DNA of 34,536 nt from Methylococcaceae bacterium (GTDB taxonomy: Bacteria > Pseudomonadota > Gammaproteobacteria > Methylococcales > Methylomonadaceae). Below, one piece after another: positions 22,801 through 31,056 of the stretch (the first letter of the stretch is position 1; every line of letters starts with the position of its first letter). The stretch spans positions 927 to 35,462 of the forward strand of contig DALYHZ010000003.1 in the NCBI GenBank assembly GCA_031970635.1, read 5' to 3'. The notes below the pieces were generated by a model. That model saw only the letters and a list, made by a program, of their open reading frames with translations, did no database searches and was not told the DNA's origin. The translations under genes were made by a program, and so were the position numbers.

Positions 22801-22883
22801 GCACTGGTAAATTTTGCAAACTGGGCGGGTGTAACTGTACTAATATCTGTTGTTGCAGCAAGTGCAAATGTTGCGGTAGCCAT
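19854..22883 (-). CDS. 1009-aa secreted or surface repeat protein. It has ~65 octapeptide LTxxQIAA repeats, RTX-type Gly/Asp repeats and a type I secretion-type C-terminal domain.
   Basis: A GAGGA SD lies 8 nt before the ATG. There is no signal peptide and no Cys. The RTX-type block is GGTGADTITGGSGNDTITGGVGVDSLTGGSGADTF, followed by GIDVITDFTRGTGGDVLSISL and a ~180-aa tail, as in T1SS substrates. Confidence 0.8.
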   Translation of the reverse strand: MATATFALAATTDISTVTPAQFAKFTSADFAVLTKTQAAGLTADLLATLTVKNITSLPVSQLKNIDPGALAGISSKAIPGLTTAEIVALTTDQLNGFTPTQITALTSDQVTALTKSQLIALDSDHLGAFSIGTAKTPGGLAGLKINLLTSDSMALLTPTEIAALTPAQIGAIGSAQALGLTADQIAALTTTQAASFSSKSIALLPTEIVATLSNTFLSALPAKTFGALTTAQLAAITIDQAPAITAAQIGALTSAKVAALTPDDVAVLSLPAIAGFNKTNMAGLTLSYLVGDGQLAALKPAQFGYLSTTSIAAIDSTGASLLTPQAMSALTSAQVHAIASASLIAIDPQSIPGLTAKNILGLDSAQIALLTSDQAAALTPVQAKALSATQVANLTSDDVVALQPATLKAITTAAVPSLKAAAFASMSADQIAALTPNQMAVLTTTAAGQLPSFGADQAAALLQPQVAKLSSAQAATLSTAAIAVLDPKAVKSLNLLGFDTAHIAALTADQSPSLSSSTTQIGGLTSTQAAALTSSVIAEMKPATFKGLTAGLSTGAIHSLTTSAVPAITTAQLAALSATDAGQLESFTQTQVAVLSADALSWIRDTKGYVTKIGSSPSSSTAGIETSGTVTGLTASTVITAGKSAVNITGSSTLADTITGSSGADTISGAGGADSITAGAGADTVIVANHTDILAAATINGGGNTGDTLSFTATSGLVSGDFAHVTGFTTLAFGGTSSSGTLGADFGTAGFTSITGTSGVDALTFSGAAAVVTINGGGGADTVTLGDYANNVTYAGTGTVSITGGTGADTITGGSGNDTITGGVGVDSLTGGSGADTFKLLATTLNGIDVITDFTRGTGGDVLSISLTGYAGTSGTTGYISALKDGNAVAVTTSSTLAVTAASAATTLAAGNNIIELVGTTFTNAAAVQTAIETGGTRALTFASAVTANDDILVVWSDGTLGHVSAVNMATGGTTLAASSTTVTDLVTLTGVTSLSSGDFVAANFALVA
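20375..20925 (-). repeat. Coding RTX-like Gly/Asp-rich nonapeptide repeat region
   Basis: TGSSGADTISGAGGADSITAGAGADTV, INGGGGADTVTLGD and GGTGADTITGGSGNDTITGGVGVDSLTGGSGADTF fit the GGxGxDxUx calcium-binding repeat. Confidence 0.75.
21085..22830 (-). repeat. Coding tandem array of degenerate 24-nt (8-codon) repeats, consensus L-T-x-x-Q-I-A-A
   Basis: Protein residues ~20-600 can be written in a nearly uninterrupted 8-residue register, for example LTPTEIAA LTPAQIGA IGSAQALG LTADQIAA LTTTQAAS FSSKSIAL LPTEIVAT LSNTFLSA LPAKTFGA LTTAQLAA. Confidence 0.8.
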
Positions 22884-22934
22884 TTTTAAATCCTCAATAT
22901 GAAAAATGAAATGTTATGATGCTCGTTCGTGTAT

Positions 22935-22961
22935 GTATCGGCAAAATAAAGCAGATCTTTA
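22935..22961 (-). promoter_or_regulatory. Sigma-28 (FliA)-type promoter TAAAGATC-N11-GCCGATAC (read on the - strand)
   Basis: The reverse complement of 22935-22961 is TAAAGATC tgctttatttt GCCGATAC. This matches 13/16 consensus positions with the exact 11-nt spacer. The -10 octamer is identical to that of the 17436 promoter. It lies 51 nt upstream of ATG 22883. Confidence 0.65.
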
Positions 22962-23104
22962 CTTTTGTTGTTTTCATAAATAGTACGCCACAAACTAAAT
23001 TGAGCGTAAGTATATATAACTTTGAAATTGTTTAACTCTCAAATTGCCAAAAATGTGATAGTTTTCACAGTTTCGATGTTGGTATTAGGAAGTTTATATC
23101 ATCA

Positions 23105-24028
23105 CTAACCAACTTGAATTTCTCTCGTCCAAGAAATTGATACGCGTGGTTCTAACCATTGCTGTAAAAAATCTAAAAAACAACGCACTTTTGCAGATAA
23201 ATATTTACGATGCGGATAAACAGCATGAATATCGAGTGGTGGCAGAGCATAATTTTCTAGCACTGTTTTCAACTTTCCTTTCTCAATGTCACGCCGCACC
23301 ACATAAGTAGCCAAAACAACTAAGCCTAATCCGTTGATTGCCGCTACACGATTAGCTTCTGCAACATTGGATTGCATTCTGCCCGTTACGTTAATAGTTG
23401 TGTAACCAGTGTCAGTTTTAAATTTCCATTTGTCATGCGGCGCACTTGCCCAATTTACTAAGCAGCTATGATTGATTAAATCTTCTGGTGTTTGCGGCAC
23501 GCCATGTTGTGCCAAATAATCTGGCGACCCACAAACAATCATTGACGAACTGGCTAATTTTCGCGCCACCATGCTGGTGTCATCCAAATCGCCCAAATAA
23601 ATCGCAATATCAATACCATCATCAATCAAATCGCCATGACTGCTTTGTAAAATCATTTCGACTGTTAAATCAGGGTATATTTTTAAAAATTCAGCTACTG
23701 CGCGTGTGATATGCGTTGCACCAATAACTGGTGGCGCACTGATTTTTAATGTACCGCGCGGCTCTGTTTGCAAATGCGTAATAGCAGATTCCATGTCTTC
23801 AATATCGAGCAAGACTTGCGAACAGCGTTCTAAATATGACAGTCCCATATCCGTTAGGCTTAAACTGCGGGTCGTACGGTTAAATAAACGAGTTCTTAGA
23901 TCAGCTTCAAGGTGCATGATATGTTTAGTTGCCATCGCGCGAGAAATCCCTAATTCACGTGCGCCACCGACGAAACTGCCGGCTTTCGCGACCCGCTCAA
24001 ACACTTTCATGCTGGTTAATTTGTCCAT
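23105..24028 (-). CDS. LysR-type transcriptional regulator
   Basis: The N-terminal wHTH is MKVFERVAKAGSFVGGARELGISRAMATKHIMHLEADLRTRLFNRTTRSLSLTDMG. It is followed by a ~200-aa co-inducer domain. Confidence 0.9.
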   Translation of the reverse strand: MDKLTSMKVFERVAKAGSFVGGARELGISRAMATKHIMHLEADLRTRLFNRTTRSLSLTDMGLSYLERCSQVLLDIEDMESAITHLQTEPRGTLKISAPPVIGATHITRAVAEFLKIYPDLTVEMILQSSHGDLIDDGIDIAIYLGDLDDTSMVARKLASSSMIVCGSPDYLAQHGVPQTPEDLINHSCLVNWASAPHDKWKFKTDTGYTTINVTGRMQSNVAEANRVAAINGLGLVVLATYVVRRDIEKGKLKTVLENYALPPLDIHAVYPHRKYLSAKVRCFLDFLQQWLEPRVSISWTREIQVG

Positions 24029-24049
24029 TCTTTTTTCTCATATCGTTTT

Positions 24050-24077
24050 TGTAATGGCTTACATTTTTGCCATTACA
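24050..24077. promoter_or_regulatory. Perfect dyad TGTAATGGC-N10-GCCATTACA, a candidate LTTR autoregulatory or operator site
   Basis: A 9-bp perfect inverted repeat lies 22-49 bp upstream of the lysR-type gene start, in the divergent intergenic region. Confidence 0.5.
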
Positions 24078-24155
24078 CCTCATTAAAACTACCTATTGCG
24101 GCTGATTATAACGGATTTTTCATGTAGCCATTATGACGCGAAATTGTATTCCATT

Positions 24156-24177
24156 ACCATTATGCGTGTTCAATGGT
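24156..24177. promoter_or_regulatory. Second dyad ACCATT-N10-AATGGT sharing the CCATT/AATGG half-site
   Basis: Read directly from the sequence. Extra CCATTA copies occur at ~24128 and ~24151. It has the same half-site and the same 10-nt spacer as the 24050 dyad. Confidence 0.4.
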
Positions 24178-24362
24178 TATAATTACAACCAACAGGTTTT
24201 GCGTATCCGGATCCATTATTCAATTTGTTCTAATTCTTTCATATTTAACGCTATTATTTTGATGACACATTTTTTATGTTCTATGCGTAACACGTTATTT
24301 AACAATGTTTTTTTAGCGGTTACTTGCAGTCTTTTCGTTAAGCGTAAGGATTGCGTTCACGC

Positions 24363-27300
24363 ATGAAAAAAAAATCCCGTTTGCTTTCTCGTTTTTTGTT
24401 ACTTTACACCCTTGTTGGGTCAGTGACGGTTGCGGCTGTTATCTTTAAATTGGTTAAAGATGAAGTGCAATCTTCGCGTTATCAAGCACATTATTTATCT
24501 GAAATCAGTAAACAACTTAGCTTTAAACTCGAAAACAAAGCCAGTACCTCAATACGTTATCCCAACCACGGTCCTTACGATCAACGATTAGGTTATACGT
24601 TGCTTTCAGATCAAATCGATCGATTGCAAAAAACGGGATTTGAAATTTCCGCTCAAGCAAGCGCGTCACCAATGATGATGCAATTGATGGATGATTACGG
24701 TTTATTTCCCCTCTATCATGAAAAAAATCAAGCCGGTTTGCGATTAGTCGATGGTGAAAATCAACCCCTATTTGCTGCGGTTTATCCGACGTATGGTTAT
24801 CCGAATTTCGATGCCATTCCACCCGTCGTTTTGCATACATTATTGTTCATTGAAAATAGGGAATTGCTTGACGAAAATCGTAAAAGTGTGAATCCCGCAG
24901 TTGAATGGGAGCGTTTAGGCTTTGCTGTGTTACAAATGATGGCAAAAAAATTAGGCGCAGATATAAATGTTCCCGGTGGTAGCACGTTAGCAACGCAATT
25001 AGAAAAATATCGCCATTCGCCCAACGGTTATACGGAATCAATTGTTGAAAAAGTACGGCAAATGGCAAGTGCGTCAATTCGTGCGTATTTGTTGGGTATC
25101 GACACACGCCAAATGCGCCGGCAAATCGCGTTGGCGTATTTGAATACCATGCCGCTGGCTGCTTCTGAAAAATCCGGCGAAGTTCACGGATTAGGCGATG
25201 GTTTAGTCTCTTGGTTTGGCGCAGACTTTAAAGAAACAAATAAACTCCTTGCTACCGAAGCATTGCAAACATTAACGCCAAGCCCTGAACAAGCCAAAGC
25301 CTATCGCCAAGTTTTAAGTGTTTTATTATCGCAACGTCGTCCGACTTATTTACTTGGTGCAGGTTATGATGCACTGCAATCGTTGACCGACAGCTATTTA
25401 CGATTACTTGCTACGCAAGGCGTTATTTCACCAGCATTACGCGATGCGGCGTTGGCGGTTAAAATCGAACTTGTGCCGAAAACCAGTACGCATTATCTAT
25501 TTGTCACAGAACAAAAAACCCAGAACGTGCTTCGTGCACGTTTAGCACAATTGTTAGGCATTAAAACCAATTACGATTTAGACCGTTTGGATTTAACAGT
25601 AAAAACTACGCTCGACTACGGTATTCAACAAGAAGTTACCGCTGCATTACGAAAACTCAGCGATCCGGCTAATGCTCGTGCGGCAGGTTTATTCGGCGAA
25701 CGCATGTTAAATGCGAACACACAACTAAATTCAATTGTTTACAGTCTGATGTTGTTTGAGCGTAGTGATAAAGGAAATTTATTGCGCGTGCAAACCGATA
25801 ATTATGACCAACCGCTCGATATTAACGAAGGTATTCGTTTGGATTTAGGGTCAACGGCGAAATTACGAACACTCGTGCATTATTTGGAATTGATTGCCGA
25901 AATTTACCAAACTTATCAAGGGCAAACGCCGCAGGTGTTGGCAAAAGTTCAGTTGCATCCGCGTGACTTTTTATCTGCGTGGGTTATTGAGCAACTTCGC
26001 GCCAAACCTAAAATAAGTTTGGAAGATATTTTAAATCAAGCCTTAGAACGTAAGTATTCTGCCAGCCCAGGAGAGTATTTTTATACGGGCGGCGGGATGC
26101 ACCATTTTAATAATTTTAGCGAAGACGATGATTACCGAATTCTGTCGGTACGGGACGCATTGCGAAATTCGGTGAATTTGGTGTTTATTCGCATGATGCG
26201 TGATTTGACGTATCATCATTTATATAAACCCGAAGGCATTGCCCGTTGGCTTGAAAATCCCGATGACGACAAACGCCAAGAATATTTAGCGCGTTTTGCT
26301 GACCGCGAAGGTTTAGTTTATTTACGTCGTTTTTATGCGCGATATAAAGGCAAAAGTACCGACGATAATTTAGAAACACTCACGCAACAAGTGTATCCAA
26401 AACCGTCGCGCTTAACGATGCTTTATGAGGCAATTTATCCCGAACGCGATAGAGCCGCATTAGAAAGTTATTTGAAAGAGCATATTCCAGCGTCTGTGTT
26501 GGCGAACGAAAATATCGATAATTTGTTTTATAAATACACGCCTGATAATTTCGACTTGCAGGACCAAGGCTATATTACCAAAGGGCATCCACTCGAATTG
26601 TGGATGGTGCGCTATTTATCAGAGCATCCGAATGCCACGCGCGATGAAGTAATTGCCGCCAGTTCTGAACAACGTCAAGATGTTTATCGTTGGCTGTTTA
26701 AACATACACATCGTTTCGCGCAACAACGCCGCATTATGACGTTGCTTGAAGATGATGCCTTTAAACAAATTCATGCGGCATGGGAACGTGTCGGTTATCC
26801 GTTCGCGTCGCTCACGCCATCTTATGCAACATCAATTGGTGCGTCAGGAGATAGACCAGCGGCATTAGCAGAATTGATGGGGATTATCAGTAATAACGGT
26901 GTGAGATTGCCGGCGGTGCGTTTTTCAAATTTGCATTACGCGCAATCAACGCCTTACGAAACCATTTTGGATAAAACACTTGAAAGTGGACAACAAGTGT
27001 TAGCACCCGAAGTAGCCCATGCTGCGCGAAGTGCATTATTAGGGGTTGTGGCAAATGGTACGGCGGGAAGTTTGAATGGCGTTTATAAAGATGCGACTGG
27101 CAAACTTTTAGCTGTTGGTGGAAAAACTGGAACAGGCGACCATCGTAAAGAAAAATGGGGCGCAGGTGGACAATTGATTGAATCAAAATTTATCAGTCGT
27201 GCGGCAACGTTTACTTTCTTTTTGGGCGATAAATTTTTTGGCGTAATTACCGCTTATGTTGCAGGTGAAAATGCGGAAAGCTATCACTTTACCAGTTCAT

Positions 27301-27422
27301 TACCGGTTCATATTTTGAAATTTTTAGAACCAACGTTGACACCATTATTAAATAAAGCGGCCAACACACCTGTTCAGTCGATCGTTTCCGTGCCATCTAG
27401 CACACCCGTTGTTGCGCCATAA
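24363..27422 (+). CDS. Atypical class-A penicillin-binding-protein-like protein (divergent GT51 transglycosylase module plus transpeptidase motifs), 1019 aa
   Basis: ATG 24363 has an AAGGA SD. There is an N-terminal TM anchor. GT51-like motifs are FIENRELLD, GGSTLATQLEKY and LAYLNTMPL. Transpeptidase-type motifs are SxxK (GSTAKL), SxN (NSVNL) and KTG (GGKTGTGD). The spacing between these motifs is unusually long. Confidence 0.65.
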   Translation: MKKKSRLLSRFLLLYTLVGSVTVAAVIFKLVKDEVQSSRYQAHYLSEISKQLSFKLENKASTSIRYPNHGPYDQRLGYTLLSDQIDRLQKTGFEISAQASASPMMMQLMDDYGLFPLYHEKNQAGLRLVDGENQPLFAAVYPTYGYPNFDAIPPVVLHTLLFIENRELLDENRKSVNPAVEWERLGFAVLQMMAKKLGADINVPGGSTLATQLEKYRHSPNGYTESIVEKVRQMASASIRAYLLGIDTRQMRRQIALAYLNTMPLAASEKSGEVHGLGDGLVSWFGADFKETNKLLATEALQTLTPSPEQAKAYRQVLSVLLSQRRPTYLLGAGYDALQSLTDSYLRLLATQGVISPALRDAALAVKIELVPKTSTHYLFVTEQKTQNVLRARLAQLLGIKTNYDLDRLDLTVKTTLDYGIQQEVTAALRKLSDPANARAAGLFGERMLNANTQLNSIVYSLMLFERSDKGNLLRVQTDNYDQPLDINEGIRLDLGSTAKLRTLVHYLELIAEIYQTYQGQTPQVLAKVQLHPRDFLSAWVIEQLRAKPKISLEDILNQALERKYSASPGEYFYTGGGMHHFNNFSEDDDYRILSVRDALRNSVNLVFIRMMRDLTYHHLYKPEGIARWLENPDDDKRQEYLARFADREGLVYLRRFYARYKGKSTDDNLETLTQQVYPKPSRLTMLYEAIYPERDRAALESYLKEHIPASVLANENIDNLFYKYTPDNFDLQDQGYITKGHPLELWMVRYLSEHPNATRDEVIAASSEQRQDVYRWLFKHTHRFAQQRRIMTLLEDDAFKQIHAAWERVGYPFASLTPSYATSIGASGDRPAALAELMGIISNNGVRLPAVRFSNLHYAQSTPYETILDKTLESGQQVLAPEVAHAARSALLGVVANGTAGSLNGVYKDATGKLLAVGGKTGTGDHRKEKWGAGGQLIESKFISRAATFTFFLGDKFFGVITAYVAGENAESYHFTSSLPVHILKFLEPTLTPLLNKAANTPVQSIVSVPSSTPVVAP

Positions 27423-27493
27423 TGGGAAAAGCATCGCTTGATTTTTATGTTATGCTACATGCTTGATTTTCTTTCTATTGACCCACGAATTTA

Positions 27494-28126
27494 ATGAGAA
27501 CACGCCTTAAAATTTGCGGTTTTACCGAAGTTGAAACCGCTGTTTATGCCGCGCATTTAGGTGTTGATGCGATTGGTTTAGTTTTTTACGCCAAAAGTCC
27601 GCGTCACGTCACAATTGAAAAAGCCATTGAAATTACAAAAGCTCTGCCACCATTTACCACGGTGGTGGGTTTGTTTGTGAACGCGCCAGAAGCTGAAATC
27701 CGAAACGTGATTGAACAAGTGCCTCTCGATTATTTGCAATTTCACGGCGATGAACCTGCCGCAGACTGCCGTATTTATGGCAAACGTTATATTAAAGCTG
27801 TGAGCATGAAAAAAGGGCTAGATTTTGAAAAACTAAACGCGGAATATTACGACGCAAAAGGCTTGCTTTTAGATGCGTATCATCCTGATGCAAAAGGCGG
27901 CACAGGGACACAATTTGACTGGTCGTTAATTCCTGCAAAACGTCCTATCCCAATTATTTTGGCAGGCGGTTTGACTGTCCAAAACATAAAAAGAGCGATT
28001 CAAATCGCCCATCCTTACGCAGTCGATGTCAGTAGCGGCGTAGAATTAGAAAAAGGCAAAAAAGACATCGTTAAAATGACTGCATTTACACAACAAGTTC
28101 AAGAAGGTGACCGAGAAACACTATGA
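27494..28126 (+). CDS. trpF: Phosphoribosylanthranilate isomerase
   Basis: [41 protein letters not shown] and ILAGGL are present. The gene is monofunctional at 210 aa. Confidence 0.92.
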   Translation: MRTRLKICGFTEVETAVYAAHLGVDAIGLVFYAKSPRHVTIEKAIEITKALPPFTTVVGLFVNAPEAEIRNVIEQVPLDYLQFHGDEPAADCRIYGKRYIKAVSMKKGLDFEKLNAEYYDAKGLLLDAYHPDAKGGTGTQFDWSLIPAKRPIPIILAGGLTVQNIKRAIQIAHPYAVDVSSGVELEKGKKDIVKMTAFTQQVQEGDRETL

Positions 28127-29325
28127 CCGAAAAATATAACATGCCCGACGAGCGGGGACATTTTGGCGCGTATGGCGGCATTTTTGTCGCTGAAACCTTA
28201 ATGCCTGCGATTACGGAATTAAACGCCGCGTATCAACATTATATACACGATGCGGATTTTATCGCGGAACTCGATAAGGATATGCAACATTATGTCGGTC
28301 GTCCGTCACCGCTTTATCACGCTGAACGTTGGAGTGATGCACTCGGCGGAGCGCAAATTTATTTGAAACGTGAAGATTTAAATCACACGGGTTCACACAA
28401 AATCAATAACACCATCGGACAAGCCTTGCTCGCAAAACGCATGGGCAAAACTCGAATCATTGCAGAAACTGGCGCAGGTCAGCATGGCGTTGCAACGGCA
28501 ACCGTCGCGGCGCGATTGGGTTTGGAATGCGTGATTTATATGGGCGCAGTCGATGTAGCGCGTCAATCACTTAATGTTTATCGCATGAAATTACTCGGCG
28601 CAACGGTTGTTGCAGTTGAATCAGGTTCAAAAACCTTGAAAGACGCATTAAACGAAGCGTTGCGCGATTGGGTTACAAACATCGATAACACGTTTTACAT
28701 TATTGGCACAGTTGCAGGGCCTCATCCATATCCTGCAATGGTGCGTGATTTCCAAGCCATTTTAGGACGCGAAGCCAAACAACAATGTTTAGCACAAACT
28801 GGCAAATTGCCGAATGTGTTGGTGGCATGTGTTGGCGGCGGCTCAAATGCAATGGGGCTTTTCTATCCTTTCATTGATGATGCTGACGTAAAAATGATTG
28901 GTGTTGAAGCCGCTGGTGATGGCATTGAAACAGGTCGTCATTCTGCGCCGTTATGCGCTGGCAGACCTGGTGTGTTGCATGGAAACCGTACTTATTTGAT
29001 GTCAGATGATGATGGCGAAATTATTGAAACCCATTCAATTTCGGCTGGTTTAGATTATCCAGGTGTAGGACCTGAACACGCATGGCTGAAAGATTCGGGC
29101 AGAGCGCAATATGTTAATATCACCGATAACGAAGCGTTAGAAGGTTTTTACGCTTTGACGAGAATGGAAGGCATTATTCCCGCGTTAGAATCGAGTCACG
29201 CGATGGCGTACACCTTGAAACTCGCGCCAACCATGAAAAAAGACGAGATTTTGATTGTGAATTTATCGGGGCGCGGCGACAAAGATATGCAAACCATGGC
29301 AAGAAGAGAAGGAATTGAACTATGA
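28123..29325 (+). CDS. trpB: Tryptophan synthase beta chain
   Basis: [18 protein letters not shown], the PLP Lys in [26 protein letters not shown] and GGGSNAMG are present. A 4-nt overlap links it to trpF. Confidence 0.97.
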   Translation: MTEKYNMPDERGHFGAYGGIFVAETLMPAITELNAAYQHYIHDADFIAELDKDMQHYVGRPSPLYHAERWSDALGGAQIYLKREDLNHTGSHKINNTIGQALLAKRMGKTRIIAETGAGQHGVATATVAARLGLECVIYMGAVDVARQSLNVYRMKLLGATVVAVESGSKTLKDALNEALRDWVTNIDNTFYIIGTVAGPHPYPAMVRDFQAILGREAKQQCLAQTGKLPNVLVACVGGGSNAMGLFYPFIDDADVKMIGVEAAGDGIETGRHSAPLCAGRPGVLHGNRTYLMSDDDGEIIETHSISAGLDYPGVGPEHAWLKDSGRAQYVNITDNEALEGFYALTRMEGIIPALESSHAMAYTLKLAPTMKKDEILIVNLSGRGDKDMQTMARREGIEL

Positions 29326-30125
29326 GCCGATTAGCTGGATTATTTGCCGAATTGGCACAAAAAAACCGCAAAGCGTTAATTCCATTTGTAACGGCTGGCG
29401 ACCCGAATCCTGATTTTACTGTGCCATTGATGCACGCAATGGTCGGCGCAGGTGCAGACGTAATTGAATTAGGTGTCCCTTTTTCTGACCCAATGGCTGA
29501 CGGTCCTGTGATTCAACGTGCCAGTGAACGTGCGTTAGCGCATCATCAAAGTTTGCGAACCACGCTGGCAATTGCAAAAGAATTTCGTAAAACAAATGGT
29601 CACACGCCAGTTGTTTTGATGGGGTATTTGAATCCTGTTGAAATCATGGGTTATGAAAAATTTGCCGATGCTGTGAAAGAAGCCGATGTAGACGGCGTTT
29701 TAACCGTTGATTTACCACCCGAAGAAGCTCAAGAATGCACAGAATTATTGAAAGCTCGCGGTGTTGACCCTATTTTCTTGCTTGCGCCAAACAGTTCGGC
29801 TGAACGTGTGCAAAAAATGGATGCTATTGGTAGCGGTTATTTGTATTACGTTTCGCTCAAAGGCGTAACAGGTGCGGGACATTTGGATATTGATGACGTT
29901 GAGAAAAAACTCGCTGAAATTAAAGCCAATACAAAATTACCTGTTGCCATCGGTTTCGGTGTGAAAGATGCTCAAACGGCAAAAACGATTTCAAATTTAG
30001 GCGATGGCGTTGTGGTGGGAAGTACGCTCATTACACAAATCGAAGAAAACCTGCACAATCCCGCGCAAGCAAAACAAGCAATTATTGACTTATTAACCTC
30101 AATGCGTCAGGCAATGGATAACTAA
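29322..30125 (+). CDS. trpA: Tryptophan synthase alpha chain
   Basis: [41 protein letters not shown] and GFGV are present. A 4-nt overlap links it to trpB. Confidence 0.95.
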   Translation: MSRLAGLFAELAQKNRKALIPFVTAGDPNPDFTVPLMHAMVGAGADVIELGVPFSDPMADGPVIQRASERALAHHQSLRTTLAIAKEFRKTNGHTPVVLMGYLNPVEIMGYEKFADAVKEADVDGVLTVDLPPEEAQECTELLKARGVDPIFLLAPNSSAERVQKMDAIGSGYLYYVSLKGVTGAGHLDIDDVEKKLAEIKANTKLPVAIGFGVKDAQTAKTISNLGDGVVVGSTLITQIEENLHNPAQAKQAIIDLLTSMRQAMDN

Positions 30126-30127
30126 TC

Positions 30128-31048
30128 ATGAGTTGGTTTGAAAAATTACGTCCGTCGATTATTAGAACTGAATCGTCCGGCAAAAAAACGACTGTTCCCG
30201 AAGGGCTTTGGGCAAAATGTCCAAGTTGTAATGCGATTTTGTATAACAGCGAACTTGAAAAAAACGGCAGTGTTTGTCCGAAATGTGATTACCATATGCG
30301 AATTTCCGCACGTACACGTTTAAATTTATTTTTGGATGAAGAAGGACGCGAAGAAATTGGCAAAAATGTCAAACCTGTTGACCCATTAAGATTCAAAGAC
30401 AGTAAAAAATACAAAGACCGCATTTTGCAAGCACAAAAACAAACCAAGGAAAATGACGCATTAGTTGTAATGCGTGGACAAGTGCTTGGACAAGATGTTG
30501 TCGCGGCGGCATTTGACTTCAATTTCATGGGCGGTTCGATGGGGTCTGTGGTTGGTGAAAAATTCGTGCGTGGCGTGAACAAAAGTTTAGAACTGGGCAT
30601 TCCGTTTATCGTCTTCACCGCAAGCGGCGGGGCACGAATGCAAGAATCGTTGTTTTCATTATTCCAAATGGCAAAAACCAGCGCGGCATTAACCAAACTT
30701 TCAGAACGCGGTATTCCGTATATTTCGTTTATGACTGACCCAACAATGGGTGGCGTGTCAGCGAGTTTAGCGATGCTTGGTGATTTGAACGTGGCAGAGC
30801 CAAATGCGTTAATTGGTTTTGCAGGACCTCGCGTAATTGAACAAACAGTGCGGGAAAAATTACCGGAAGGTTTCCAACGCAGTGAATTTTTGCAAGAACA
30901 CGGTGCAATTGACATGATTATTCATCGTCGTGATATTCGTGAAAAAATCGCTAGTATTTTAGGAATGCTTACCGTCAGTAGTTACGTTCCTTCTTCTACA
31001 GTCATTGACGATGAATTCTTAGCTGACGAAATCGAAGACGCAGGCTAA
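30128..31048 (+). CDS. accD: Acetyl-CoA carboxylase carboxyltransferase beta subunit
   Basis: The product starts MSWFEKL. It has the Zn ribbon [26 protein letters not shown], plus [16 protein letters not shown] and SGGARMQE. Confidence 0.95.
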   Translation: MSWFEKLRPSIIRTESSGKKTTVPEGLWAKCPSCNAILYNSELEKNGSVCPKCDYHMRISARTRLNLFLDEEGREEIGKNVKPVDPLRFKDSKKYKDRILQAQKQTKENDALVVMRGQVLGQDVVAAAFDFNFMGGSMGSVVGEKFVRGVNKSLELGIPFIVFTASGGARMQESLFSLFQMAKTSAALTKLSERGIPYISFMTDPTMGGVSASLAMLGDLNVAEPNALIGFAGPRVIEQTVREKLPEGFQRSEFLQEHGAIDMIIHRRDIREKIASILGMLTVSSYVPSSTVIDDEFLADEIEDAG

Positions 31049-31056
31049 AAACAAAA

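Noticed and set aside
21085-22830. A link between the LTxxQ octads and the CpxP/Spy LTXXQ-motif family
   Set aside because: CpxP and Spy are small periplasmic proteins with two LTXXQ motifs in a helical hairpin. Here the five-residue match recurs in about 65 tandem octads in a T1SS-type protein. A shared pentapeptide is not evidence of homology.
20290-22902. Several 60-108 aa + strand ORFs opposite the 1009-aa gene
   Set aside because: They mirror the Ala/Thr/Gly-rich repeat codons (PPV- and VSAP-type low complexity). They have no starts with an SD and are artefacts of the repeat composition.
24133-24366. 77-aa ORF in the LysR / PBP-like intergenic region
   Set aside because: The region is AT-rich. 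There is no SD. The peptide is Cys/Phe/Asn-rich and implausible, and it runs into the PBP-like gene start. The region is better explained as regulatory DNA.
30289-30915. 208-aa antisense ORF inside accD
   Set aside because: It is opposite a highly conserved accD coding region. The translation is unrecognisable and Ser/Pro/Cys-rich. It is a shadow ORF.
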